Source: a virus
Strand: one strand, 5' to 3'
Length of the DNA stretch: 64,000 nucleotides
IMG/VR virus record: IMGVR_UViG_3300043436_001870
Location: 49,165 to 113,164 of that record
In this document: positions 39,181 to 49,662 of the stretch, in pieces
Layout: each line of letters begins with the position of its first letter
How positions within the stretch are numbered: the stretch's first letter is position 1
Position numbers and translations under genes: made by a program
Notes under the pieces: model-generated
The model's input: only the letters and a program-made list of their open reading frames with translations
Database searches by the model: none
What the model was told of the DNA's origin: nothing

Positions 39181-42100
39181 TATCTTGGAGAATTGAGGAG
39201 TTTAGTATTTGTTACTTTCAACAACATTTTTACATTGTCTGATATTGTTCTTGTAAGGACAATGTGATTCAGGTAATGTCTGAACTTCTTACGTTCAAAT
39301 GGTGACTTATTATAGTTAAGGTTATTTACATTCAACACTCTAATGTAACCATTAATTTCTGTATTCCAAATAGGTTGCTGAGCCTGTACACCGCCCACAA
39401 TGAATTCACCACGGTTATTGGTTATGTCCCAGAACTGATTGAATCTGTATTTCTGTTCCTCCTTAGAGTATAGAATACTAATACTGTTTGGGTTTACCTG
39501 AGGATAGTTTACAATTACTGGAGCATTGTTCTTAGGACTAGTAATCAAATTAAGTGTACCAGAAACTTGTTCAGTATTATAAACTATAGCCTTATCAAAA
39601 TTAAAATCAAGAACATGGAATCTATCAATACCATTAGGATTGTAAACATATGCCTCCATAATGTATTCAACATTTCTGGTAGTATTAACAGCTTGTCCTG
39701 TAACAGATGCATAGTCAATCTCAAATGGATAGTCTACACCATAGAAGTTACAAAACTTACTAGTAAAGTTACCATGTCTCCAAATGCTTGAAGATCCGTT
39801 CTGAGTGTTTGTTGTAAGGAAACCTCTAATACTTGACATAGCATATTCTGGATGCCAGTCATGGAATGACAACCATATTCTTAACTTAGAGTCAAAACTT
39901 ACTGTCCATGATGCATCTTCAAAGTACAAAGGATCTCCAAGTACAAATGGAATCTTAGCACCACCTGGTGCTTTATAAGTAAAATCAAGTCCACCTAAAT
40001 ATGTAACATTGTCAATGTACTCATCCTTGACTCTGTAGTCTTTCTTGCAGAAATAAATAATACCATTGTCATTATCATAAAGTGACTGGCAACCAATTCC
40101 TACAACAGGATTATCTGCTACTTCAAAATTAGGAAACTGATCAAGTAGGAACATCTTTAAATATTTAGAGAACCACCACTTCATACCCATATCAGATATG
40201 GCAGCCATTCCCTCAGCTACTGTAAAGATCTTACCTTGTGATGCACTCATCCAAAATATACCAGCAGGAGTATTTATAATACTCAATCTATGCTGTGATG
40301 AACCATGTTGAAACTCTTGATCAGCATTGCTTAATGTCTGAAGTGGTTGACTAAATAAGCCACCATCTCCAATTGTAATTTTAGTGCCAGCTGTTGTTTG
40401 AAGTTGATCAACAGCATTAAACATCAATGGTGTTGAATGCTCAAACAAAATAATAGCACCATTCTTATTTATGGATTTGAATGCTACAACTCTGTCATCA
40501 AAGTCATTGTAGTTGTTTACAAGATAAATATGCCAGTAGTCTTTTTTATCCTCTTGATTCTGTGGAAGAGAGTATATTACTCTATTAGGAAAATATGTGT
40601 AACATTTTTCTGCTGTGGTAGGACTGTAAGATCTATCCTGCATAGCTCCCCATGATAAGAAACTATTTAGAACTTTTGTTACACCAAGAGAAATGTCATA
40701 CTTGTAGAAGTTACCGACTCTTATGATATCTGTGCTAAACAGATTATTAAGATTAGCATACCCATATGGATCATAGAATCTTTCAGCAGGAGTATCATTG
40801 TAATCTCTGTGATCTACGTTGTATTCAGTTTCAACATAAAAATCTAAGACTCCTGATTGAAACAAATACATGTAAGCATTCTTTACTCCAATTCTAAAAC
40901 TAGAAAAAAGATTTGCAAAAAATCCATCAATACCTGTATTGTCAACTCTGTCTAAGTTATATCTACCAGAAGGCAGTGGATTGGTTATAGCATCAACACC
41001 TCCTTCAAGAAGATTCTGAACGGCACCTGTTAAACCTTGAATAAAATCAGCTGTATCATATTTGCTAAAGTCTGCAAAAAATCTTGCATAGTTTACCATA
41101 TACCTTGTGGTATAATCAATCTCTGTTCCTATAGGTACATTGTATAACCAATCATAAAAATAGAAGAAGGTATTCTTCTCAGTGTATCTTCCTATGTAAA
41201 CATCTCCACCAAGTATTAATGGTGTTTTGTCTACTACAACTCTTGATCTTGGTCTTGTAGGGAATGTATAGTCTATTGCTTCTGGGCCCAGGGGCTGATC
41301 AAAAGAAAATACACAGCCTGTTGTAATCTGGCTAGGTGATTCTATCTGACCATATTGGTTTCTAAATCTTACCTTTAGTCCCGCATAAAAAGCTGAGCCT
41401 GTTGCATTAAAAGAACCTCCAGGACTATTGAACTTGATACCCTTATTAAATACATTAGGATTATTCTGAACACTACCTATAGTCTGTACAGAGTTGTCAG
41501 CTAATGATGGATCACCAATTGGATTATTAAGTTCTATTGCAACTGTCTTAGATCTAAATAAGTTATTTACTGTTTTATCAGAAAACGTAGTAATCTGATT
41601 GTCAATGTATACTGAGTTTATAATAGATCTTCTGGTATTAGCAACACCATTCAGATTCAGCTTAGCATTACCCTGAGCATACTTATTAAGATTTACATGG
41701 CTTAAGCTCCGGTAAACATAATCCCTATAAGGAGTGATAGATCTTAATAGTTCAAGCATTGCATCGGTACCCTGCATCCAGTATGATGCAAATGTTACAA
41801 TACCACCTGCTGTTCTAAATATAACAGGAGCATAACTAAAATCAGACCTTTCTACCTCATACTCCATTGATGGTCCAATACCTGCAGCACCTAATGCAGC
41901 ACCTCCAGTTACAGCTCCTATTTGTCCAAATATTATTCCTTGAATAGTGGCTAATGATGCATCAACTCCACCACCAGCCATAGTACCAATGTTAAGAGCA
42001 CTACCGGCACCAGTTGGACCATAATTATAGTTATCATTACCACCTAATGGAGTTAGTAATCCGACATTGATTGGTGTGGCTGGTACTGGAGCAGTTCCAC

Positions 42101-44363
42101 TAAATCCTGGTGTAAAAGTTTTACCTGTCTGATATTTACTAATATCTCTACCACGAATAGATTTCATGGCAGTACCAATACCTACAATTGCTGATATTAT
42201 AAAAGCTAAGTTAGTTATTAACTTCTCTTTAGGATGCCCAGGAACAGGTTCAAAACGACCCAGCATATTAAACCTAGATCCCACCTCTCCATAAAGTTTT
42301 AATTCAGTTGCAGATAAGAAAGGATCATTAAAAGTTGTGTCAGGAGAATGAAAAGTAAATAAACGTCTACTAACATTATCATTCCAGGTATTAGAGTTAT
42401 TAAGCTGTGCACTATAACCACCCTGACTATTAAAATTAGAAAGAGTATGATCCTTTCCTAAGTAATTGCAAACATAGTTTTGGTAATAGATCAATTCATC
42501 TTGACTACCATTATCTTCAACATAATAACGCATGTTGCGGATTATACCTTTAGCAACAATAGTTCTATTACCTTGTCTGTTTGATCTTAGAATTTCATAA
42601 CCAATTACACCAGGAATAATGTTACCATCATTGTCAACAGGAGCCTTAATGTTTTCAAACTCAACACCCAGAATTCTAATAGCTCTAGCTTGAGTAGCTG
42701 TAAAAGTAGTACCAGAAAATGATCCTGCCGATGTACGTACATGACCATAGTTTTGACCTGTAGCAACATCACCGTAAGTTGTATCTGTTGCATATATAGC
42801 ATCAGCTGGCATCTTATGGTGTCTTATAGGAAGTCCACATAAGTCATATGCCGGATCAGATGTTCCAGCCCATGTATGCTGAGTTGCATTCCATATCTCT
42901 GGTTTGTTTGCTGGATATTTTTCAGTAGATTCCCAGTAACCCATTTTACCACGGGCTATAACCTGACCAGCTACTACAGAAGCAGTATCAGTAGGTAAGT
43001 TGTTTTCAATTACATAAGCTGTATTAACAACTTCCCAGAGTTCAGGAATATAATTAGGATCCTGAGCATATTCAATATTATCAAGATTGGCAGAACTAAA
43101 TGAAGCTTTTTCCCATGATTGAGCAGGTCTACCAGGTATATGATATGAACTAGATCTTTCACCAGTATTATAAACCCAGCGAATATAGAAGGCATACTGC
43201 TCATCTCTCATGTAACCATTTTCATTACCACCATTCTCATAGTAGTTTGGTGGTTGCTCAATCATTACCCAGTTTGTTCTGATCTGATTGGCCAATGGCT
43301 GATAATTAAAATCAAACTTTGCAGTAGGAGCTGCTCTGATCAAGTAATTATTTACAGCATACATACCTTCAGACTTCTCATATGCTGGAGATCTAAGTGG
43401 TATATATGATAAAGGAATTGATTCTAATTCTGGATTAATGTAATCAATAGTTACAGAATTAGTCTCAGTAACATAATTACCAATCTTTCTAGCAACTGTC
43501 TGTTGATTTACTGTACCAACAATAACAAGTTCAAACTCTTGAAATCTATCAGTATCCATATTTGAAAAACTGATATCAAGTGAACCTGTGGCATTGTTAT
43601 GACTAAACAGAGGTTGAATCTGAGAAGGATTAAAATAGTCAGTGACACGTTGCTGATTAATTGTATAAGCAACAACGGCATAGTAACTACCATTTAATAA
43701 CTGCCCACCAGTAAGTCCTGTGCTAATTTTAACACAGGGTATCTTCATTAACCGAGCAATCCTTGTTTTCTCTACATCCAGAGTCAAAGGAATGTTTGGT
43801 TGACAGTCAATACAAGGACCAGGTAAAACATCTGTGCACTCATAGGGCACACCTGGCCATGGCTCATTCTGAGTAATATCAGGATAGTCTCTGAGTCTTA
43901 CATCACCAATATTTAAGGTCCTGTCTGGATTCAAAGCATCACACCAGTAGAGCTGATAAGAGCAGTCAAAATTCTGCTTAGAAGCTCCTATAATTATGTT
44001 AGTTCTTTTGAATCCCCATTGAGTATCATTACTAATTGGCTTATACTCACATAACTCATCATTGAATAATCCAATTTCAGAATTGATATCATCTGTTGTA
44101 TAAACAGCCCAGTAGTGTTCTACAATAGGAATAGCACCTATAAAGGTGTATGGTAATGTAACACACTTTAAGTTTGCAGGCTCATTTCCAATAATACCCA
44201 GGTCACCAGAGTCTGAGTTATTTACCACATTTCTAGCATCATACCATGAACCCTCAGGAGCAAACGTGGGGTCATAGTCTTTAACCATACCTTTGTTAAA
44301 GGTATTTGTCTCAGCACTGCTAGTATTCTGTGATGGAGTATTTTCTGATGATTTCTTAGCCAT
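39180..44363 (-). CDS. Tail muzzle / stabilization protein (1727 aa)
   Basis: N-terminal TFNKGMVKD.D......SWYDARN; YMRDEQYAFYIRW; C-terminal SWTVSF...WLSFHDWHP, characteristic of crAss-like muzzle (P22 gp10-like) proteins. Follows the ring genes. Confidence 0.85.
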   Translation of the reverse strand: MAKKSSENTPSQNTSSAETNTFNKGMVKDYDPTFAPEGSWYDARNVVNNSDSGDLGIIGNEPANLKCVTLPYTFIGAIPIVEHYWAVYTTDDINSEIGLFNDELCEYKPISNDTQWGFKRTNIIIGASKQNFDCSYQLYWCDALNPDRTLNIGDVRLRDYPDITQNEPWPGVPYECTDVLPGPCIDCQPNIPLTLDVEKTRIARLMKIPCVKISTGLTGGQLLNGSYYAVVAYTINQQRVTDYFNPSQIQPLFSHNNATGSLDISFSNMDTDRFQEFELVIVGTVNQQTVARKIGNYVTETNSVTIDYINPELESIPLSYIPLRSPAYEKSEGMYAVNNYLIRAAPTAKFDFNYQPLANQIRTNWVMIEQPPNYYENGGNENGYMRDEQYAFYIRWVYNTGERSSSYHIPGRPAQSWEKASFSSANLDNIEYAQDPNYIPELWEVVNTAYVIENNLPTDTASVVAGQVIARGKMGYWESTEKYPANKPEIWNATQHTWAGTSDPAYDLCGLPIRHHKMPADAIYATDTTYGDVATGQNYGHVRTSAGSFSGTTFTATQARAIRILGVEFENIKAPVDNDGNIIPGVIGYEILRSNRQGNRTIVAKGIIRNMRYYVEDNGSQDELIYYQNYVCNYLGKDHTLSNFNSQGGYSAQLNNSNTWNDNVSRRLFTFHSPDTTFNDPFLSATELKLYGEVGSRFNMLGRFEPVPGHPKEKLITNLAFIISAIVGIGTAMKSIRGRDISKYQTGKTFTPGFSGTAPVPATPINVGLLTPLGGNDNYNYGPTGAGSALNIGTMAGGGVDASLATIQGIIFGQIGAVTGGAALGAAGIGPSMEYEVERSDFSYAPVIFRTAGGIVTFASYWMQGTDAMLELLRSITPYRDYVYRSLSHVNLNKYAQGNAKLNLNGVANTRRSIINSVYIDNQITTFSDKTVNNLFRSKTVAIELNNPIGDPSLADNSVQTIGSVQNNPNVFNKGIKFNSPGGSFNATGSAFYAGLKVRFRNQYGQIESPSQITTGCVFSFDQPLGPEAIDYTFPTRPRSRVVVDKTPLILGGDVYIGRYTEKNTFFYFYDWLYNVPIGTEIDYTTRYMVNYARFFADFSKYDTADFIQGLTGAVQNLLEGGVDAITNPLPSGRYNLDRVDNTGIDGFFANLFSSFRIGVKNAYMYLFQSGVLDFYVETEYNVDHRDYNDTPAERFYDPYGYANLNNLFSTDIIRVGNFYKYDISLGVTKVLNSFLSWGAMQDRSYSPTTAEKCYTYFPNRVIYSLPQNQEDKKDYWHIYLVNNYNDFDDRVVAFKSINKNGAIILFEHSTPLMFNAVDQLQTTAGTKITIGDGGLFSQPLQTLSNADQEFQHGSSQHRLSIINTPAGIFWMSASQGKIFTVAEGMAAISDMGMKWWFSKYLKMFLLDQFPNFEVADNPVVGIGCQSLYDNDNGIIYFCKKDYRVKDEYIDNVTYLGGLDFTYKAPGGAKIPFVLGDPLYFEDASWTVSFDSKLRIWLSFHDWHPEYAMSSIRGFLTTNTQNGSSSIWRHGNFTSKFCNFYGVDYPFEIDYASVTGQAVNTTRNVEYIMEAYVYNPNGIDRFHVLDFNFDKAIVYNTEQVSGTLNLITSPKNNAPVIVNYPQVNPNSISILYSKEEQKYRFNQFWDITNNRGEFIVGGVQAQQPIWNTEINGYIRVLNVNNLNYNKSPFERKKFRHYLNHIVLTRTISDNVKMLLKVTNTKLLNSPR

Positions 44364-44365
44364 AA

Positions 44366-45271
44366 TTATACAACATTGTTTACACGAAGATTAGCCATTG
44401 GATAAGGATATGATTTAAACATATCATAGTACTTACCATACATTGCTTTTCTATTCATTGCCCACACTTTCTCCATCTCAGAGAAGTTAGGTGTATTTAC
44501 AATTGACAAGGCATAGTTTCTTGCTGCTCTATATTCCTGTAGGACAAGTTGTAGCTGTGCTGCCACATTATTGCCATCCATAATAAGATTCTCAAGAATA
44601 CGTTTCTTCATAGCATATTCATAGTACTCATTGATCATAGGATGATCTGGCACCATAAGGTTACCATCAGTATCCTCAAGAGTACCTTGATAGTTAATAT
44701 ACAGATTCCCTTCTTTTAAGGATGTATAAATCCAGCCGTCTTTAATGTATGCCTCATCCTTTGCCATGTGATGTAGGTTAGGACAGTCACAATCTACAAA
44801 CTGAGAGTTTCTAAAACGGATTGGAGCAAAGTGGTCATAGGTTCTTGTCTCTGTATTTACAACCTGAATCAGCTGATAAGAATCTCCACACTTGGTCATA
44901 CAAACTGGCTGCTGAGGTAGTGATACATCAGAGCAGTAGTTTTGTTCTACCCATGGTCTCCATTCTGGAGTTACGTCTTGAACATTGGTACCTTGTGGTA
45001 CAGCAAAAGAATACTTAGCTTGACCACAGATTAAAGCAAAATTCATTACATAAAAATCATCAGGAAGTCTAACCTTACCATCACATACCTCAAGAACTCT
45101 CTCTTTGGTCATGTATATTCTAAGACCTAGATCATAGTTTACTCTAATAGCTACCTTGTACAACTGTGATGGATCAATAGTAGTATCCGTGGCAATAGCC
45201 TTCAGGTCAATTTTAACATCTTCTAGAAGACTGTCAAACGTCCTGTATTTTAAGGTGTAGTTATAGTTCAT
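44366..45271 (-). CDS. Tail ring (tubular) protein
   Basis: 301 aa; KVRLPDDFY and IYTSLKEGNLYINYQG...DGNLMVPD motifs; position next to the muzzle gene. Confidence 0.75.
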   Translation of the reverse strand: MNYNYTLKYRTFDSLLEDVKIDLKAIATDTTIDPSQLYKVAIRVNYDLGLRIYMTKERVLEVCDGKVRLPDDFYVMNFALICGQAKYSFAVPQGTNVQDVTPEWRPWVEQNYCSDVSLPQQPVCMTKCGDSYQLIQVVNTETRTYDHFAPIRFRNSQFVDCDCPNLHHMAKDEAYIKDGWIYTSLKEGNLYINYQGTLEDTDGNLMVPDHPMINEYYEYAMKKRILENLIMDGNNVAAQLQLVLQEYRAARNYALSIVNTPNFSEMEKVWAMNRKAMYGKYYDMFKSYPYPMANLRVNNVV

Positions 45272-45933
45272 CGTGTTGCACTTTGTTTATCAGAAAGGAA
45301 TTGATCTTGTGGTATCTGTATGCTAATCATAAAGTCCTGAAGAACTTGTTTTTCAATCTCAGCAAAGAACTCAGGTGGTATACCAAGAGCTTGCTCTTGT
45401 ACAGATTTGCATGGATCATCACAACTAAAACCTGCAACACTTGAATCAAAGATTGCCTCAATTGAGATAGCATCCCATTCAGTATCAGGTAAATACAAGT
45501 AACTATCCATAAACCAGTAGTACTTATTATTATTATACTTAAATGCAGATGTCTTTGTCATGCTGGTATATAAAGCCGGAGTTGTCTTATACACCTCAGT
45601 GTATGTATCAATTGACATTACTGATCTTATAAGGGGTCCCTGAGGTCCTTCAAATATACCAGGTAGTTTGTCTTTGGTCCTTTTGATTACACACCCAGAC
45701 TTTGGTTGACAGCATGCCTCAACTCTATCAACCTCTACAAGATCAACACAGGCTAATCTTTTATACAGAGATCCAAACTTAGCACGGCCAGCAATAGGAT
45801 TCTGTCTTTTCATATACATCCGGGCATACTTAGTTATCAGGCTATAGATCATACGATCTGTTACAAATGAATCCACATTTGCAGCCTTGATAACATTTCT
45901 CACCCTTGATATTGCATCACCAATTGTATCCAT
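45268..45933 (-). CDS. Tail ring (tubular) protein
   Basis: 221 aa; CVDLVEVD..CC...CVIKRTK.KLP and YYWF..SYLY...ISIEAIF motifs as in crAss-like ring proteins. Confidence 0.75.
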   Translation of the reverse strand: MDTIGDAISRVRNVIKAANVDSFVTDRMIYSLITKYARMYMKRQNPIAGRAKFGSLYKRLACVDLVEVDRVEACCQPKSGCVIKRTKDKLPGIFEGPQGPLIRSVMSIDTYTEVYKTTPALYTSMTKTSAFKYNNNKYYWFMDSYLYLPDTEWDAISIEAIFDSSVAGFSCDDPCKSVQEQALGIPPEFFAEIEKQVLQDFMISIQIPQDQFLSDKQSATR

Positions 45934-45935
45934 GT

Positions 45936-46520
45936 TTAATCTATTTCAAAGTCATTATATTTTGCTTTGTCTATGGTATTTCTAATCTTAAAGTAATCCC
46001 TAGACTTATTCTTCTTATACATCTTAACAACATCTGTAGTATTCTCTACAACAATGTATTTCTTAAAATCCTCTTTGTACCTATCTTTTACAGTTCTCTT
46101 GAACTCTCTTGATGCTGTAAAGGCCCAAATAGATCTTTCTCTTAATTTGTACTTTGCATAGTACGCACTAAAAAATATCTTACCAACATATCCATCCGTA
46201 TCCCAGTTCTTATGTTTTACAACAACTCCATACTTAATGGACTTGCCGTAGTCAATATTATCACTGGTCACATTCCCACAAGACCCTATAAAAACAAATC
46301 CAAGACCCTGTGGTAGCTCTATACCATCTCTATGCTCAATTACTTTATCCCATAGCAGTCCATTGAATTTATGGACTATCTTCTTAAGCTCTCTCTTTCC
46401 ATAGTGGCTATACTCTGGAAACTTTAATCTAAACTGCTCTAAATAGTCCTCATCAATTATATTGGTTTTCTTGACTCTGTATCTTGGAGCATTAAGATCT
46501 GGCTTTCTGAATTGCTGCAT
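45936..46520 (-). CDS. IHF/HU-like DNA-binding protein (crAss-type)
   Basis: Basic 194-aa protein with IVHKFNGLLWDKVIE.RDGIELP.GLGFVFIG and FTASREFKR, typical of the divergent IHF gene in crAss-like structural modules. Confidence 0.7.
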   Translation of the reverse strand: MQQFRKPDLNAPRYRVKKTNIIDEDYLEQFRLKFPEYSHYGKRELKKIVHKFNGLLWDKVIEHRDGIELPQGLGFVFIGSCGNVTSDNIDYGKSIKYGVVVKHKNWDTDGYVGKIFFSAYYAKYKLRERSIWAFTASREFKRTVKDRYKEDFKKYIVVENTTDVVKMYKKNKSRDYFKIRNTIDKAKYNDFEID

Positions 46521-46579
46521 AGGTCTTATTATAATTTACAAAAAAATATTGGAACTTCATTATAGATTTCAAATATAGT

Positions 46580-46609
46580 AAAATACCCCCAGGTCTTCAC
46601 CTGAGGGTA
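46580..46609 (-). terminator. Intrinsic terminator after the fibre block
   Basis: Minus strand TACCCTCAGGT-GAAG-ACCTGGGGGTA-TTTT: 11-bp stem with one G-U pair, then a U tract. Confidence 0.85.
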
Positions 46610-46648
46610 CCTTGTTTAGTCGTGTAAAACCAACAAACAACGACTTAA
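46580..46648 (-). ncRNA. Candidate 3'-UTR small RNA (stem-loop with UUGUUGGUUUU loop plus terminator)
   Basis: Stem AGTCGT(T)GT/ACACGACT at 46618-46645. The loop is complementary to TAAAACCAACA, found just upstream of the start codons at 54443 and 60908. Confidence 0.4.
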
Positions 46649-46650
46649 TA

Positions 46651-47595
46651 TTATGAACAGTTACCTAGATTAGTAACGGTTACAATGTAATCCTTGACAA
46701 GATGAAGTGATCCAGGAACCATACAAACAGTTAAAGTAGCTAAAGGTAATATTGTAGCAGATTGTCTAACATTATTACAGTCAATGTAATCTATAGGAAG
46801 AGATCTTTCTTTTTCACCATTAGCTATGGTATAATTTTGACAGCTACAACAAGCTTCACTTGCTATCTTTTGAATTATTGTAGAGGTTGAATTAGTTACA
46901 GTTGGTAAACTCTGTGAGCACACTCTATAAGAAGAACCAGTAAATGGTGTAGCTACTTGTTCTTCAGCTTGGTTGACACAATCATCATAGCTCAAAATAG
47001 AGTTTACACCACAGTTAGTTCCGCATGGACAGAACTCAATGTATCCTGTTGCATCATCTCCAGTAGGAGAAAGTCCAAATCTTACAGCAGCTGCAGTTGT
47101 ATAGTTCTCTCCATTAGCAGTTATATTAACTGAATCAACACTATCCCCATCCAGAACAACAGTTCCTAAAAAGCCTGTACCGCCACCAGTAGGTGTTATA
47201 ATAACACTAGGTGGTGATACATATCCTGATCCTGCATAGTCAACAACAATATTAGCAATACCTGATTTAGTACAAGAAATCTCATAAACATCGCATGTAT
47301 TAGTTTCTGTTCCAAACTTAAAAGTTACTCTTGATGGAATGTCATCTTCAGCAGCACAACATGGTTGAATATAACCATCTACAGTGTAATTAGCACAGAG
47401 TACAGGTTCAACAGGAAGGCACTCATCAAATGTCTCATCAATTGTAATCACAGTTGTCTTCTGTACTCCTATTACAGAAGCAGAAGAATCAATGTAAACA
47501 CAGAATGGAGGTGTTGGTGATATTGCATCACCTCTCACAGCTATTCTATGACAACCCTCATATTGAGGAGTATATGTAATTGATAATGATGCCAT
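46651..47595 (-). CDS. Cys-rich tail fibre/accessory protein (314 aa)
   Basis: Beta-rich; IVVDYAGSGYVSPPSV and VNITANGENYTTA repeats typical of phage tail proteins; many cysteines. Confidence 0.6.
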   Translation of the reverse strand: MASLSITYTPQYEGCHRIAVRGDAISPTPPFCVYIDSSASVIGVQKTTVITIDETFDECLPVEPVLCANYTVDGYIQPCCAAEDDIPSRVTFKFGTETNTCDVYEISCTKSGIANIVVDYAGSGYVSPPSVIITPTGGGTGFLGTVVLDGDSVDSVNITANGENYTTAAAVRFGLSPTGDDATGYIEFCPCGTNCGVNSILSYDDCVNQAEEQVATPFTGSSYRVCSQSLPTVTNSTSTIIQKIASEACCSCQNYTIANGEKERSLPIDYIDCNNVRQSATILPLATLTVCMVPGSLHLVKDYIVTVTNLGNCS

Positions 47596-48149
47596 TATGC
47601 TATTGTTGCTGCTTTGATAATTACAGAATAACAGTTACCAGTATCACATACTGAGTTAATACGAATCAGATATGATGTACTAGGAGCTAAATTACTAATT
47701 ACAGCAGTCAAAGTAGTTTGAGAAGCTAACAAAGTCCAGCTACCTAATACACAAGGATTTGTTGGAACTTGTTGATATTCTAATTGATATGTATTAGCCG
47801 TAGCTGATGCTTCCCATGCAATTGTCAATGTTGTGCTTGTAGCAGATACTGGAAATACATTCCATGTTGCTTGACAAGTAGAACAAGGATCAGCACATTC
47901 TGGATCAGCTCCTGTACGTATAATCATTTGCTGAATTATACTCTGTAATGATCTTCCATCCTCAATGCCCATTTCCCAGATACCAGCTCCATTATAGTAG
48001 GTACATCTTGTATCTACATATTCAGAGCATGGATTAGGTACCGGACATTGTTGGTCTGGAGGACATGAATATGTCTTAGCTGTGGTGTAAGCTGAATCCT
48101 TACAACCACAATTAGACGTTGAAGTATTTTGACAATTAGTACAAGCCAT
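47595..48149 (-). CDS. Cys-rich fibre protein with fibronectin type III-like domain (184 aa)
   Basis: TSTTLTIAW...YQLEY...ISNLAPSTSYLIRINSVC is an FN3 pattern; Cys-rich N-terminus. Confidence 0.7.
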   Translation of the reverse strand: MACTNCQNTSTSNCGCKDSAYTTAKTYSCPPDQQCPVPNPCSEYVDTRCTYYNGAGIWEMGIEDGRSLQSIIQQMIIRTGADPECADPCSTCQATWNVFPVSATSTTLTIAWEASATANTYQLEYQQVPTNPCVLGSWTLLASQTTLTAVISNLAPSTSYLIRINSVCDTGNCYSVIIKAATIA

Positions 48150-48153
48150 TGTA

Positions 48154-49626
48154 TTATGCGCAGGTTATAGGATTAGATTGACAAGGAGTTGAATAGCCAT
48201 TTTGAGTTGATGTAACAATACCATAATAGATATCACCGGTAGTTAATCCAGAAAATATTGAAGTACGAGCACCAGCAGCAGAAAATGTATTTACAGTTTG
48301 ACCAACAAAAGCTCCAGCCTGTGTGTATAATGTAACAGTATATGTTGTAGTAGGTGTTACACTAGTCCATGTAATTGTAACCTGATTTGCAACAGATGAA
48401 GCAATACCTACATTGATAAGAGTACACCAGTTTGTATTATAGAAACTGTAGCGTCTTGATTTTGTACAACTTATAGTTCCATCTGTAACACATAGATTAA
48501 TATCTAGTTCGTACCAAATAGCTTGTTCTGTAACAGTAGGTGCCGTTGTCATATCAAGCTGCATCTGAGTACCGTTATTAATAGAGTCAATTACATCTTC
48601 ATTAAATGTAAAAGGACCACCAACAGAACTTGTTACTTCAACAGCAGTGGTACTTCCTGAACAATAGTTAAATCCAGTTGGAATAGAACCACTAAAAAAC
48701 ACATTAATAAACTTGACTCCAGTAATTCCTGTTGCAGTAAATGACCAGATAATATCATCACAAGTTAATGAGCAGCATGCTGCAAGTTGAGTTTGTAATG
48801 TTGCAACTGCAGATCTCAAATCACATACAGTAAGCCACATATTTACATATGACTCAGCAAGTGTTTGTGAGTTAATAGTCCAACCAGGTATTGCAGACAT
48901 TGTTGGTGCTGTTTGTGCTGGATCTAATGGAGCAAGTCCTGGTAAACCAACACACTCATAGCCAATTGCATCATAAAGAGCAAGAGGTGATCCTGTTCTA
49001 GCTTGTAGGGCACAGAATGCTGTTTCAAGTTGTACTGCAAAGTCAACAATGTTTAATCCAGATACTCCTGACAAACAGCTTGCAGTTCCTACTGTTATGT
49101 TTGTAGGTCCAGCATTACAGCAGTTGTTTTCTATAAAAGTAACACGAGTATCTAATGCTGCAAGTCCGTTCTGAATAGTAGCTATTGTAGAAAGAATGGT
49201 ACATATCTCATTACCAATCTTAATGACATAATCCTTAAGCTGTAAACTTACAATCAGGTTTCCAAGGAAATCAGGTTCCTGAAAACAAGGAGCAATTGTA
49301 ACTTGACAATCTGGACAACCGGCAGTAGCATTACCTCCATTCTGTTGACTAAGGTCACAAACCTTATTCAAGATAAACTGAATAAGTTCCTGAAGATTCT
49401 GTGGGTTAGGACACAAAGGATCAAAGCATGACAAGTCATAGACTGTCATATCAAGTTGATCTAAAACAGTACATAACTTCTCTGCAAGCTTTGCTACTAC
49501 ATCACTTACAGTATCTCCTTTGCATAGTTTAATGCAAGGAATGTCTGGTCCTTGCCAGATTACACAGTTAGAAGAAATGGGATTGCATCCTTCTTGTGTG
49601 TCATTTGCTTTTATTGGAGTTGCCAT
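48154..49626 (-). CDS. Cys-rich fibre protein with coiled coils and C-terminal FN3-like domain (490 aa)
   Basis: CNPISSNCVIWQGPDIPC...GDTVSDVV module; coiled-coil stretches; VTITW...YTVTLY...FSGLTTGDIY. Confidence 0.7.
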   Translation of the reverse strand: MATPIKANDTQEGCNPISSNCVIWQGPDIPCIKLCKGDTVSDVVAKLAEKLCTVLDQLDMTVYDLSCFDPLCPNPQNLQELIQFILNKVCDLSQQNGGNATAGCPDCQVTIAPCFQEPDFLGNLIVSLQLKDYVIKIGNEICTILSTIATIQNGLAALDTRVTFIENNCCNAGPTNITVGTASCLSGVSGLNIVDFAVQLETAFCALQARTGSPLALYDAIGYECVGLPGLAPLDPAQTAPTMSAIPGWTINSQTLAESYVNMWLTVCDLRSAVATLQTQLAACCSLTCDDIIWSFTATGITGVKFINVFFSGSIPTGFNYCSGSTTAVEVTSSVGGPFTFNEDVIDSINNGTQMQLDMTTAPTVTEQAIWYELDINLCVTDGTISCTKSRRYSFYNTNWCTLINVGIASSVANQVTITWTSVTPTTTYTVTLYTQAGAFVGQTVNTFSAAGARTSIFSGLTTGDIYYGIVTSTQNGYSTPCQSNPITCA

Positions 49627-49662
49627 ATATATAATCTACTTATTTTTTTGTTGATTTCCAAA

